From: Basidiobolus ranarum
Taxonomy: Eukaryota
NCBI GenBank assembly: GCA_040143965.1
Contig: JASJQH010006893.1
Location: 1-49,945, forward strand
DNA length: 49,945 bases
Direction: 5' to 3'
Part shown: positions 24,157 through 35,135 of the stretch, piece by piece
How the letters are laid out: each line of letters opens with the position of its first letter
Position numbering within the stretch: position 1 is the first letter of the stretch
Position numbers and translations under genes: made by a program
Notes under the pieces: model-generated
What the model was told of the DNA's origin: nothing
Seen by the model: only the letters and a program-made list of their open reading frames with translations
The model's database searches: none

Positions 24157-25140
24157 ATGACTTTCGATTCTATTGACGACTCCAGTTCCTCTGTAATGTC
24201 CACCCCTACCTTATCTACACCACCGGAGTTTTCTAGTGACCCTTTCCCCTCCATTTACTTCTCCAAAGAATTCCCTCTGACCGCTTACTCCACCAAAACC
24301 AGTATTGTCTCACAAGAAAAGTCACTGCGTGTTGAATGTCAAGCTAGAACTCGTATTCCCACTCCATATGGCGAATTCTTCCTGCACTTGTACAAAAATA
24401 ATCACGATTCTAAAGAACACTTGGCCATTGTGTTTGGCGACGATATAAGAAGTACTACTCTAGACGCAGTTCAAGAGGGAGAAACCGAAACCGATAGAAT
24501 TATTCGTGGTGCTTATCATGGTCGTCTAAACCCTAATAAGACCAACCAAGTATATCGGGAAACAAGTTCAACTTCTCCCCTACCACCTCTTGTTCGTATT
24601 CATTCCGAATGTTTCACCGGTGAAACAGTTCATTCTGTTCGTTGTGACTGTGGTGACCAACTCGAGCAGGCTATGCGTCTCATGCATGATGAGGGACGTG
24701 GTGTGGTCGTTTATCTTCGTCAAGAAGGACGTGGTATAGGTTTATTGGAAAAAATCAAAGCATATAATCTTCAGGATTTGGGATATGATACCGTTTCTGC
24801 CAATGTTGCCCTTTCTCATCCACCAGACCTTCGTACATACGATGTTGCTTGTGAAATTCTTAAAGACTTGAATATACCGACCATCAGATTACTTACTAAC
24901 AATCCGGATAAAATTGAACAACTCGAAGAGGGCGGACTCAAGGTAACCGAAAGAGTACCCATGATCCCTAAAGAATGGTCTGTTCAGTGTGAAACACAAA
25001 TTGCACAAAAACGAAAGAACGATGATGGCTACACAGAAGTTGATACTTATCTGAAAACCAAAGTTGAACGGATGAGACATTTGATCGATATCCCCACCAT
25101 TCCTAACGTTGTCACTGACCCATTGTCAAAGAAAGATTAA
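24157..25140 (+). CDS. RIB1: GTP cyclohydrolase II (riboflavin biosynthesis)
   Basis: VRIHSECFTGE, SVRCDCGDQL (Zn ligands), YLRQEGRGIGL, AYNLQDLGYDTV, RLLTNNPDK. Confidence 0.97.
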   Translation: MTFDSIDDSSSSVMSTPTLSTPPEFSSDPFPSIYFSKEFPLTAYSTKTSIVSQEKSLRVECQARTRIPTPYGEFFLHLYKNNHDSKEHLAIVFGDDIRSTTLDAVQEGETETDRIIRGAYHGRLNPNKTNQVYRETSSTSPLPPLVRIHSECFTGETVHSVRCDCGDQLEQAMRLMHDEGRGVVVYLRQEGRGIGLLEKIKAYNLQDLGYDTVSANVALSHPPDLRTYDVACEILKDLNIPTIRLLTNNPDKIEQLEEGGLKVTERVPMIPKEWSVQCETQIAQKRKNDDGYTEVDTYLKTKVERMRHLIDIPTIPNVVTDPLSKKD

Positions 25141-25521
25141 CCCTTGATACTTAAATCTATGTTGAGTACAGTGAATCGAGCATTGTTCGCTATAGATACG
25201 GTCCACTGTACAATTGCATTCGAACACCTTTCTCTGCTCCCTCTTGTAAAGCCTTACTTATATTATTGTAATATGTTGATTCATAAATCCAAGTGAAATT
25301 AATGATTAAAAGGGTTATTTATTCTCCCAAATGTGAATGATGTTTGTGTGGTTGAGGTGAAAGAAATGAGGATAAAATAGGAAGAAAATGCCAACAGTGT
25401 ACAATTTAGTGAGAAATAATAATTGCTAAGAAAGATGGTTGTTGTCTAGGAGAGAGAAAGGAAGGAAACACGAATCATCGGGATTCTTTCCTGCCTCCTT
25501 TTTCAATAAATCTACCGAGAT

Positions 25522-26009
25522 TTATTTCACCTTAACTTCTAGAAAATCTTTAGCTTCATTAATTTTACTAGCAAGATAGGGAGAACCACCTCTATCAGGA
25601 TGGTTAAGCAACATAATTCTACGGTGCGCATCCTTAAGTTTGCTTTTGTTTAAACCAGACTCACTAAAGGAAGGTCAGATCATGTTAAGAATTATTCTTC
25701 AGTGAAAAAATGTCAGGATAAGCTTACCGAAGGCCAAGAATTAAAGCAGCTTCACGACGATTCATCTTGGGATCGAAACCACCCTTGTAGTGACGAGAAG
25801 GGGCAGTAAATGTGGGTAAAGTAATCTTGGGGATCTTGATGGCACCCGACTCGAATGCCTTAATTGTAATACGAGCAGTTGTGGCAGCAGCGGCAACGCC
25901 AAGTCCGATAAAGAAAGGAGTAGTCTGCAATAAGAAATTACAATGATACTTTAGTTCTCTCACCTCTGATGATACTTCGTCGAAGATTATGTGAGCAATA
26001 ACTTACCAT
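25522..26009 (-). CDS. PAM18: Mitochondrial import motor J-protein PAM18/TIM14, 3 exons
   Basis: [20 protein letters not shown]...[31 protein letters not shown]. Exon 1 is ATG only (26009-26007); stop TAA 25524-25522. Confidence 0.96.
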
Positions 26010-26344
26010 GTTGGAACGAGAAGCAATTAAACTGCTGGTAACAGTGGCAACAAAGTCAAATTTCTCACTGTCGAGTTGGTAGTCATAAATATATTATTCT
26101 TCGACCAAATCTCAAATCAATTCGTAGAATTTTCTACGACCAGTAAGATTGTTTCAGTGATTTTCTCATCATTGCAGGTATCCACCAGAGTATTGCGCAT
26201 CAGCCGCAATATCTACCCCATAGATATCACCGGATTACTTGATCTGACAAATAATCCACTAGATTATCAAAGAGTGGTTTATTTGATTGCATAGGTTTAA
26301 TCAAATCTCTAGAGACTGGGAAAAAAAAGCGACTCAAAGGGAAA

Positions 26345-26383
26345 GAAAAAATTTTTGGATAAAAAAAGAAAAAGAAAAAAAAA
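26345..26383 (+). promoter_or_regulatory. RRPE-like element and poly(dA) tract in the PAM18/RLP24 divergent promoter
   Basis: GAAAAAATTTTT (26345-26356) resembles the yeast RRPE AAAWTTTT of ribosome-biogenesis genes; A-rich tract at 26361-26383. Confidence 0.35.
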
Positions 26384-26570
26384 GCACGAAACAAAAGTGA
26401 ACATTGTTAGCAACCTTTTATCCTTTGCTTTAGCGTAGTAAAGACAAAGTTACACTTCCTCAAATATTGAATTTTTCTCTTTCTGTTTTATTTATATACA
26501 GTTGTTTTATAATACCAATAAGAAAATTTCAAGTTAAATACTCTATCCTTGTATCATTTAAAGTACCAAT

Positions 26571-27186
26571 ATGCGTTTAGAGAAGTGTTATTTCTGTTCC
26601 TCCACTTGCTATCCCGGCCACGGTAGCATGTTCGTTCGTAACGACAGTAAGGTATATATTAATCGCAGTTTACTTTTTGCCTACTTCCATTCAAAAGGCT
26701 GTTGCTGCTTAAAGCAATGCACCAAGAGCTATGAGATTTTCAACTATAAGTGAACCCTTTATTGACTTATTTCTCGTTGATTTTCAGATGTTCCGTTTCT
26801 GTCGTTCCAAGTGCCATAAGAACTTCAAAATGAAGAGAAACCCTAGAAAGGTTCGCTGGACTAAGGCTTTCCGTAAGTCAGCTGGTAAAGAAATGACCAT
26901 CGACTCTACTTTCGAATTCGAGAAACGCCGTAATGTACCAGTTAAATATGACCGTGATTTGATGGCCACTACTATTAAGGCAATGAAGCGGGTTCAAGAT
27001 ATCCGTGCCCGTCGTGAGCGTACTTTCTTCAAGAACCGTATGTCTGGAAACAAGGAGAGAGAAAAGGCCGAGAATATCAAAGAAATCCAGCGCAGTATTC
27101 ATCTCGTATCTACACCTGCTCTCAAGAGCAAACTCCAACTGGACAAAATCCTCGAGAGCAACAAGCAGATGGATGTCGACGCTTAA
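26571..27186 (+). CDS. RLP24: Ribosome biogenesis protein RLP24 (RSL24D1), 2 exons
   Basis: [63 protein letters not shown]...[10 protein letters not shown]. Confidence 0.97.
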
Positions 27187-27685
27187 TAAGTCTATTACTG
27201 TCTACTGAATTAATTAGTTTCTTTCTATCATCCTATTATTCCACTCGAATCGCTCTTTCTTCCTCTTTTAGTTCCACACACCACCCTTTCATCCAACAAC
27301 CTTTCTCTTCTTTACCGATACCTATGGCTTCTCGGTGATAATATATTCCTTTATTTTCTTTAGATTGTACTCTTTACATTCATCGTTTTGTGCATAAAAA
27401 TATCCTAAATCTTTCAATGAAGGTACCTAGAATACAGAGGCCAATATAGTTATCAATATTCTGCATGGAGTATACTATTCATCCATTAATCTTGTGGTAA
27501 TAATGATGTTGGAACTGTTATCTTGCGAAGAGATGATTTAATAAACCGATGGAGTGATGCCAGAAAAGATCGGGATTCATGGAAAGTGCACAAAAGAATG
27601 AATATCAAAAGCATGATGTTTAATCATTGTATAAGCAATGAAGTAGAAGATAAAAAGTTACGGTGTTGTGGTAATGAAGATGCGC

Positions 27686-29479
27686 TTAATGTTGAGACCA
27701 TTCAATGGATTTGATGTCAATTCCTTCTTGAACCATTTCCCAGAGTGGACTCATATCACGAAGTTTGTGTACGTGATTCTTGACACACTCAACAACATAA
27801 TCAACTTCAGCTTCAGTTGTAAAGCGGCCAATACCAAATCGAATACTACTGTGAGCCATATCGTCATCAGCGCCGAGAGCACGCAATACGTATGATGGTT
27901 CCAATGAAGCAGATGTACAGGCACTACCAGATGAAAGGGCAATCTCCTTCAAAGCCATAAGTAGAGACTCTCCTTCAACATAAGCAAAAGAAAGGTTAAC
28001 ACAGCCAGGATAATTGTGTTCAGGGTCTCCATTCCTAACAACATTAGGTACACCAGATGTAATTCCGTTGATCAATCTGTCGGATAGCATTTTGATTCTT
28101 TTGGTATCGTACTAGAAAGAAAATGTTCATTAGCTAAAATTCAACTTGAATGGTAATAGACAAAATAATATTCTCAGAACCCCTGCACAACCGTCATAGC
28201 ATTATAGAGTAGATTTTTCGTAAAAACTAACATTATATATGCTCAGTTATGTTATACTCCTTAAAGAAGATTCATCACCGAATATTTCCCCATAAAATGA
28301 ATATATACTAACAGCCATATCTTCTTGAGCAATTCTACAAGCCTCACCTAGGCCGACAACCAAAGGTGTAGGAACAGTACCACTTCTAAGACCTCTTTCT
28401 TGCCCACCACCGGATTGAATAGGCTCCAATCTAACTCTGGGTCTTCTACGAACGTAAAGAGCACCAATACCTTTAGGACCATACACCTTGTGACCAGAGA
28501 TAGACATCAAGTCTATGTTCATGTCGTTGACACTAAGAGGGATCTTGCCCACAGCTTGAGCAGCGTCAGTGTGGAAGAAGATTTTCTTTTCGCGACAGAT
28601 CTTTCCAATCTCGGCAACAGGTTGGATAACACCAATTTCATTGTTTACAGTCATGACGGAGACGATGGAGGTGTCAGGTCTGATGGCAGCTTTCAAATCA
28701 TCAAGGTTAATGATACCGTTGGTCTGAACTGGTAAGTATGTAACATCGAATCCTTCCGATTGGAGAACACGGCAGGAATCAAGGACACATTTATGTTCCT
28801 ACATCAGAGTGATACCATTAGAAATCGAGATATAATAACAAGGTTCTAAATAAAAAATATTTACAGTTTGAGTAGTAATAATATGATTCTTCTTTCCTTT
28901 ATAGAATCTAGCAACTCCCTTAATACTGATATTGTTGGATTCGGTGGCACCAGAGGTGAAGATAATTTCCTTAGAATCGGCACCAATTAAATCGGCAATT
29001 TGCTGTTGAGATAATATATGATTAAAGAGGATTCAATTATACAAAAAGTAAGAAGTAATTGTAACCTTTCTGGCTACTTCAACAGCATCTTCAGACTCCC
29101 AACCATATTTATGTGTTCTAGAGTGAGGGTTACCATATTGAGCAGTCAAAAAAGGAAGCATAGCATCAAGAACACGAGGATCAGTTGGACTTGTGGCTTG
29201 CATATCCAAATAGATTGGACGACCATTACTAGAGGACAATACTTTTTCTTTAAAATTTTCGGCTACTACACCAGATTGTTAGTTCAACTAAAAAGAGTCA
29301 GACAAAATATTAGCATACATACCAGGAGTGGCTTCTGGAGTATTTTCAGCCACATTTGTAGGGCGGGTAGCAGACACAAAAGTTCTCTTAGCTAGTGTGA
29401 TTGATGCAGCCACACGGGCATTTGAGCTGGCTTGTCGAAAAGCAAGATTTAAAGGTACACGAGAGAGTTGTCTTAACAT
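27686..29479 (-). CDS. NFS1: Mitochondrial cysteine desulfurase, 5 exons
   Basis: Presequence [69 protein letters not shown] (PLP Lys); [17 protein letters not shown] (catalytic Cys); C-terminal IEWSQH. Confidence 0.98.
28167..28286 (-). ncRNA. Intronic box C/D snoRNA, predicted guide for 2'-O-methylation of U6 snRNA (human C62 equivalent)
   Basis: Lies in the unusually long 201-nt last NFS1 intron (28112-28312), sense to the host gene. 7-bp terminal stem AATATTC/GAATATT; box C GTGATGA (28278-28272); D' CTGA (28246-28243); box D CTGA (28177-28174). The guide TTGTGCAGGGGTT next to box D is complementary to U6 GGCCCCUGCACAA. Confidence 0.85.
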
Positions 29480-30196
29480 ATTCAAGTCGTTGGCAATCTT
29501 GTAGTAGAAGGTCAAGAACAAGGAACAATAAGAATTTTTAAAAGAATATCAGTAAAAAAGGGATGAGTTTCTGACGAAAAAGCGGAATTGATTGTGTAAT
29601 CAGATGTTAAAAATGGTGAATCAGTTGAATAGAATCAACTACAGAAAAGGGATCCAAATGAAATCAGAGATTATCTTTGGTGGTGAAAAACATCGAGTTT
29701 TGACCATTTCTACTGCGGTTGAATGAGGTCATCCCAAAAGAAAGTTGCTTAACTAATGTAGTTGGAGTGGTATCTAAGCAACACATATGCAAAGTGGAAT
29801 AGCTTAATTTAGCAGTCAAACGGTAGATGCTTTTGTACAACTACAATGGGGTAGGCAGATCAAATGGTGGTTGATTTTTAAGCCTCCGCTTTTATAAGCC
29901 AACCCACGGACTTTGGAATTCTACGATAGAAATTGGTAACGATATGTTGGTCTAGAGTCAGATAATATGGATGTTTTCGTGATCATTAGTTCAGGTGGTA
30001 GTAGCATGGGCATTGATATTGAACACTGTTAAAAAACCTGGTTGCCACAGGTTACGTAAACCAATCAAGCCTCAATGATTGTTTCAATCAAACAGGTATG
30101 TGCCACTGCGTGTGCATCATTCGAGACAAAACTTCCCAACGTTTGCTTTTTCCCTTCATAACCACGGGCATATTCGCTTGCTAACATCACTCTAAA

Positions 30197-31779
30197 ATGG
30201 CACCTGTTGAGCAAAAACCGATTTCAAACTATGCTGACGATTTGGAGGAGTTAGGAGAGGATATTCTACGCTCAAACCGTAAAGAGATTCTAAACCGGAC
30301 ACGTCTGCTGGAAAATGACATAAAGGTAGCTTATATTGATACTGAGTTGGCTTATATTTTTCTTGTAGTAATCCTTTGATATTTAAGGTTATGAAAAGCG
30401 AGCAGATGCGTCTACAGCATGAGCAAACCGCTACAGTAGAGCGTATCAAAGAGAATAAAGAAAAGATAAAGATGAACAAGCAACTACCGTACCTCGTTGG
30501 AAATGTGGTTGAGGTAATTGTCAAATTCATATATACCAAAGTTTCTCATCAACATATTTACAAGAACGTATAGATTATGAGTATGAACCCGGATGATGAG
30601 CTTGAGGATGGTCACAACGTTGATTTAGATTCTCAACGTGAAGGAAAATGTGCCGTGGTTAAAACGTCTACTCGTCAAACTATTTTCTTACCTTTGATCG
30701 GCTTAGTGGATAGCGACCAGTTAAAGCCCGGTGATCTAATCGGGATGAATAAAGATAGCTATCTGGTGTTGGATACCCTTCCTGCAGAGTTAGTTTACCT
30801 TTCAATTCGCAAACCTAATGTTCATGCATTAATGTTACGTTTAGGTATGATTCTCGTGTCAAAGCAATGGAGGTTGATGAAAAGCCCACAGAAGATTATA
30901 CAGATATTGGAGGATTGGATAAACAGATTGAAGAGCTTGTTGAAGCTATCGTACTGCCCATGACTCATGCGGAGAGATTCAAAAATCTTGGAATCAAACC
31001 ACCCAAAGGTTCTTCATTTACCACTTCATTAATAGACGTTGCGAACGTGAACTTAACAATAAATCTTAGGTGCTCTTATGTATGGACCTCCAGGTACTGG
31101 AAAGACTTTACTTGCTAGAGCGTGTGCCGCCCAAACCAATTCAACCTACCTAAAGCTTGCAGGTCCACAGCTTGTACAGGTAAGCATCGTCGAAAGTGTA
31201 GCACAAAGGATATATAGCTTACATTTTGTTTAGATGTTCATTGGTGATGGTGCCAAGCTTGTCCGTGACGCATTTGATCTAGCCAAAGAAAAGGCTCCAG
31301 CTATCATTTTCATTGATGAATTGGATGCTATAGGTACTAAGCGTTTTGACAGTGAAAAGAGTGGTGATCGTGAAGTACAAAGAACCATGTTAGAGTTACT
31401 CAACCAATTGGACGGATTTAGTAGCGATGAGAGAATCAAAGTCATTGCTGCTACGAATCGAATCGATATTCTTGATCCTGCTTTATTACGTTCAGGCCGT
31501 CTAGATCGTAAAATTGAATTCCCCCTTCCTACGGAGGAGGCGCGCGCTCGGATTCTACAGATTCATTCCCGAAAAATGACCGTTTCTCCGGACATTAACT
31601 TTGAAGAACTTGCTCGGTGCTGCGACGAATTCAATGGTGCTCAATGTAAGGCAGTTTGTGTGGAGGCTGGTATGCTTGCACTTCGCAGAGGCGCTTCGGC
31701 CTTAAGTCATGAAGACTTTATGGATGGAATTCAGGAAGTTGTTGCCAAGAAAAAGACTTCTCTGAAATACTTCGCCTAA
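30197..31779 (+). CDS. RPT5: 26S proteasome AAA-ATPase subunit RPT5 (PSMC3), 6 exons
   Basis: [92 protein letters not shown]; HbYX tail KYFA. Confidence 0.98.
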
Positions 31780-32395
31780 ATTTGATTATTCGCATATCTT
31801 TATTTTTCCACCTTAATCGTTTCTTTTTTTTTCCGCTGTAAAGCCCATTACATATTTTATACCCATTGAGTTTGTGAATTTTGTAATGTCAAATGCATGT
31901 TATTCCCTTTTGATGAATTGAAAGATCTTCTAAAAGAAAATAAAATTCTCGTTACGAGTGTTCCGTCATACAACTTAATAGTGCCCTATGGGAATCAGTT
32001 GGCCAAATTAAAGTACAACTTTTATAGAGAGTTCTAAAAATCACTCTACGCCTGTACCAGTTCCAGGTGGCTACTATAGAAACCATTGTTTAACCCTAAT
32101 GGGAGAATGGCAAGGAGTATTCAAAAGTGGCTTAGCTTACACATACCGATCGAGGTCCATTTTTGTATGTAAACTTGATGAGGTATAGCTTCAACAAAGT
32201 TTAAACATGTTCATGACAGATAGCGTTTTAAAAAAGAATCCAGCTAGTTAGTCGACATTGTTGTAATGCATGATTGTTTCGCTAATTTTGGACATCTGCG
32301 CATCATATAAGTTCGAAATGTTATGATTAAATTAAATAATATTTCTAGTTTATTTGTAATAAATAAAGATTAGGTCATAAAGTCTAATGTAGAGC

Positions 32396-32641
32396 CTAGC
32401 AGATAACGCAGCCGTAATATCTTATCCCACGTTTGTTCTTGGATGTCGATACGCTGTCGTTGAGATGCAAATCATCGTCATCTTCGTGCCTATCCACATT
32501 CCCAGAATCATGTATTCTTTCCGTCGTGTTATTTGTCACTACCAAAGCTACTGTTTGGGGTTCCAAAGGATACGCGTGTGTGGCAGATAAAAGAGCAGAA
32601 GCTATGCTTAAACATGTCAACGCTTCATTTGTAACCTTCAT
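32396..32641 (-). CDS. Small secreted prepro-peptide (81 aa): signal peptide, acidic pro-region, KR site, then GIRYYGCVIC
   Basis: Signal-like MKVTNEALTCLSIASALLSATHA|YP; N-glycosylation sequons NNT, NTT and NDS; acidic HEDDDD; dibasic KR at residues 70-71; terminal CVIC. TATA-like CATAAAAAG about 65 bp upstream and AATAAA about 45 bp downstream on the same strand. Confidence 0.7.
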   Translation of the reverse strand: MKVTNEALTCLSIASALLSATHAYPLEPQTVALVVTNNTTERIHDSGNVDRHEDDDDLHLNDSVSTSKNKRGIRYYGCVIC

Positions 32642-33122
32642 TCTCTAGTTGTTGTGGAGGTGGGATGTATTAGGGTTTGTACAGAAAACAGAGAGGCAAT
32701 GAGCTCTTTTATGTGATACTTGATAGAGAGATCTAACAACTTTAAGCTTGTATTTACTCCTGTCCCCTTCTCCGGGATTTTTAATAAAAAGATGGCCTAA
32801 TTAATCCAAGTTGTTTGTTCTGAATCATGATCGGTTTGCCAATTTAGCCACATCATTTACAATGGGACTCGATTCATTCAACAGGCTTTGTACATTGTTG
32901 CTTAATATTTCTCTCATTTCCTTTTCTGTAGCTAACAATGCTTCGACCAACTTATCAAATCGCGATGGATATCTTTGACATATGATTGCATGTAATCTGC
33001 TTACATCTCAACCAAAAGTATTGAATGCTTTGAAATCCTCACTTAGCTTGACATGGATAGTTTTAGAATGTGGGATTGAATTTCTGTTTATGGGTCTATA
33101 ACAATAAATACGAACTAATTAT

Positions 33123-34751
33123 TTAGGCTATTGTAGAAGGCTTCCTATTGACAGCTAACATATGCAATAATATTCCAGTAGCCACGCTTACATTCAAGGA
33201 ATCTAAAAATGGAGCGATGGTGGGGTTGGTAGAGGGGATTGAAACGTGAATTTGACAACTTTCGCTAACAAGACTTCGAAGACCAAATCCTTCATTTCCC
33301 ATTACCAGTATTCTAGGACTGTTGATTTCTGACATAGCAACAGGATCTATAGCTTGGCGACCATCGGAAGATTTTTCAGCAGAGGCGCCGATGACAGTCC
33401 AGCCATTCTCTTGAGATTCCTTGAAACATTTGTGTTAACTTATAGAACCGATGGAAGAACAAGGAAAAGGTAATGCTTACCCGCAAAAATCGCATCATAT
33501 TTTTCACGCTGTAAACGTCCATAACCTCTAACGCACCAGAGCTCGCTTTGGAGACTACTGGAGACAAAGGGGCACTTTTTGAATGTCATATGAACGAGGT
33601 AAGTCGAATGGTATATAATGAATACTCTCAAAGACTCTTACCTATTTCTTGCACAAAATACAACCCCGTCTATACCGAAGTAATATGCAGATCTACGTGA
33701 CGATATGTCTTAGATACGCAATTGACTCTGAAGCAAGCTACTACCTTCACTTACCTTAGAATTGCTCCAAGATTCTGGGGATCAACCACTTGATCTAGAG
33801 CAAGCCAAATAGGGGATTGCTCGCTTTTAAAGTGATATTCACCGGAGCCAGATACAGCGTAATATCTACAATATCAAATCTTTACAATTAAAAGGTGCTC
33901 CATCCTGTGTATAGCATTGCAACTTACGTCTCATCATCAACTTTACTTAATCGGTTAATCGTAATAGGTTCTAAGCGGTCAGTTTTGAGAATCACTCCCT
34001 AATGAAGATGCCACTTTAGTAAATCGATATTATAGACTTTTTCTCTAGCAGGTGATAAATACCTGATGTGGTCTATTTCCAGTGAACTCGTTGAGTTCTC
34101 TTCTATCCATCTTTTGAATAGGCAATTGTAGTTCTTCAGCTAACCCTAAGATGGTGTCTAGTTTATCACTTGAGGCGAGTTTAATGTTAGGAACGTTATG
34201 ACTCTTTGAATTGCGTTGAATACATACCTGTCTTCTTTTTTGGTCGTTTCCGTTTCACCTCGGTAAAACAAGCGGTATGGTACACGTCGTTTACTTTCAA
34301 GGGCTGGTAATACTACCGAGTAACCATATAATAAATCACAGTTCCGGTTATTGGGTTCGCCATTTCTAATAAATATACCACCAAGTTAATAACCTTAAGC
34401 TAATCCAAACAAACACCAAACGCTCTCTCGAAGAAAATGCTCAATATAGGAACTTATTTGAATGCGCAACTTGACTTACTTTAAACGCTTCATAAGTCTT
34501 GGCTCCTCAATCGCATCCCACACCTTTATATTTTTTGTGGCATTGAAGATATCCCCAAGGTCGAATTCAGACTCATTCTTGGTTTCTTGACTGGGAGAAG
34601 GAGATTTGGACTTTTTTCCAAATTGTTTCTTCCAATTCGATTTTGACGAAGCATGTCTTGATACTAAAAAGAATGGAATACCTCGGGTTTCTTTTAAAAT
34701 ACTACCTACCCAAGGAGTAGTAAGACTGTATAGTGATTTTCTGAGAAACAT
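33123..34751 (-). CDS. MRM1: Mitochondrial rRNA 2'-O-methyltransferase (SpoU/TrmH family)
   Basis: Spliced RPHQGVIL, WLALDQVVDPQNLGAILRSAYYFG, SPVVSKASSGALE, LVMGNEGFGL, DSLNVSVATGILL; presequence-like N-terminus from ATG 34751. Confidence 0.93.
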
Positions 34752-35135
34752 AATCAAAGTGTAATATATTTACTCGTTCATTGAAAACTTCCTAATTAAC
34801 TCAAAAAATTTCTTGATCCATGTGGGGAATTGGAAAATTTCCTACTCTCACTTTCAATGACAAATTTCAAGTGCATGCAGAATTTTAAGAAGAAAATGAC
34901 CAAGCAAGGAGATTTACAGAAATATTGGAATTCAAAATAGTTTGTGGAGCACAAAGAAGAGTATTTAAAGAGGAATGAATATATGATATCTATCTGATTT
35001 GCCTATATAAACACTCATTACTAGTGGCGGTATATTGATAATCAATCTAGGAGGTCGGTAATCCATACAAAAGTGAACTACCAAACAATGTATGGAAGAG
35101 CTAGGTAAACAAAGACAGCGTTCCAGCAACAGAAT

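Noticed and set aside
26652-26787. Longer-than-usual RLP24 intron as a possible snoRNA host
   Set aside because: No C/D boxes or convincing H/ACA hairpins seen.
30042-30048. PACE/Rpn4-like TTGCCAC upstream of RPT5
   Set aside because: Only a 7/9 match, and similar cores occur upstream of non-proteasome genes in the window.
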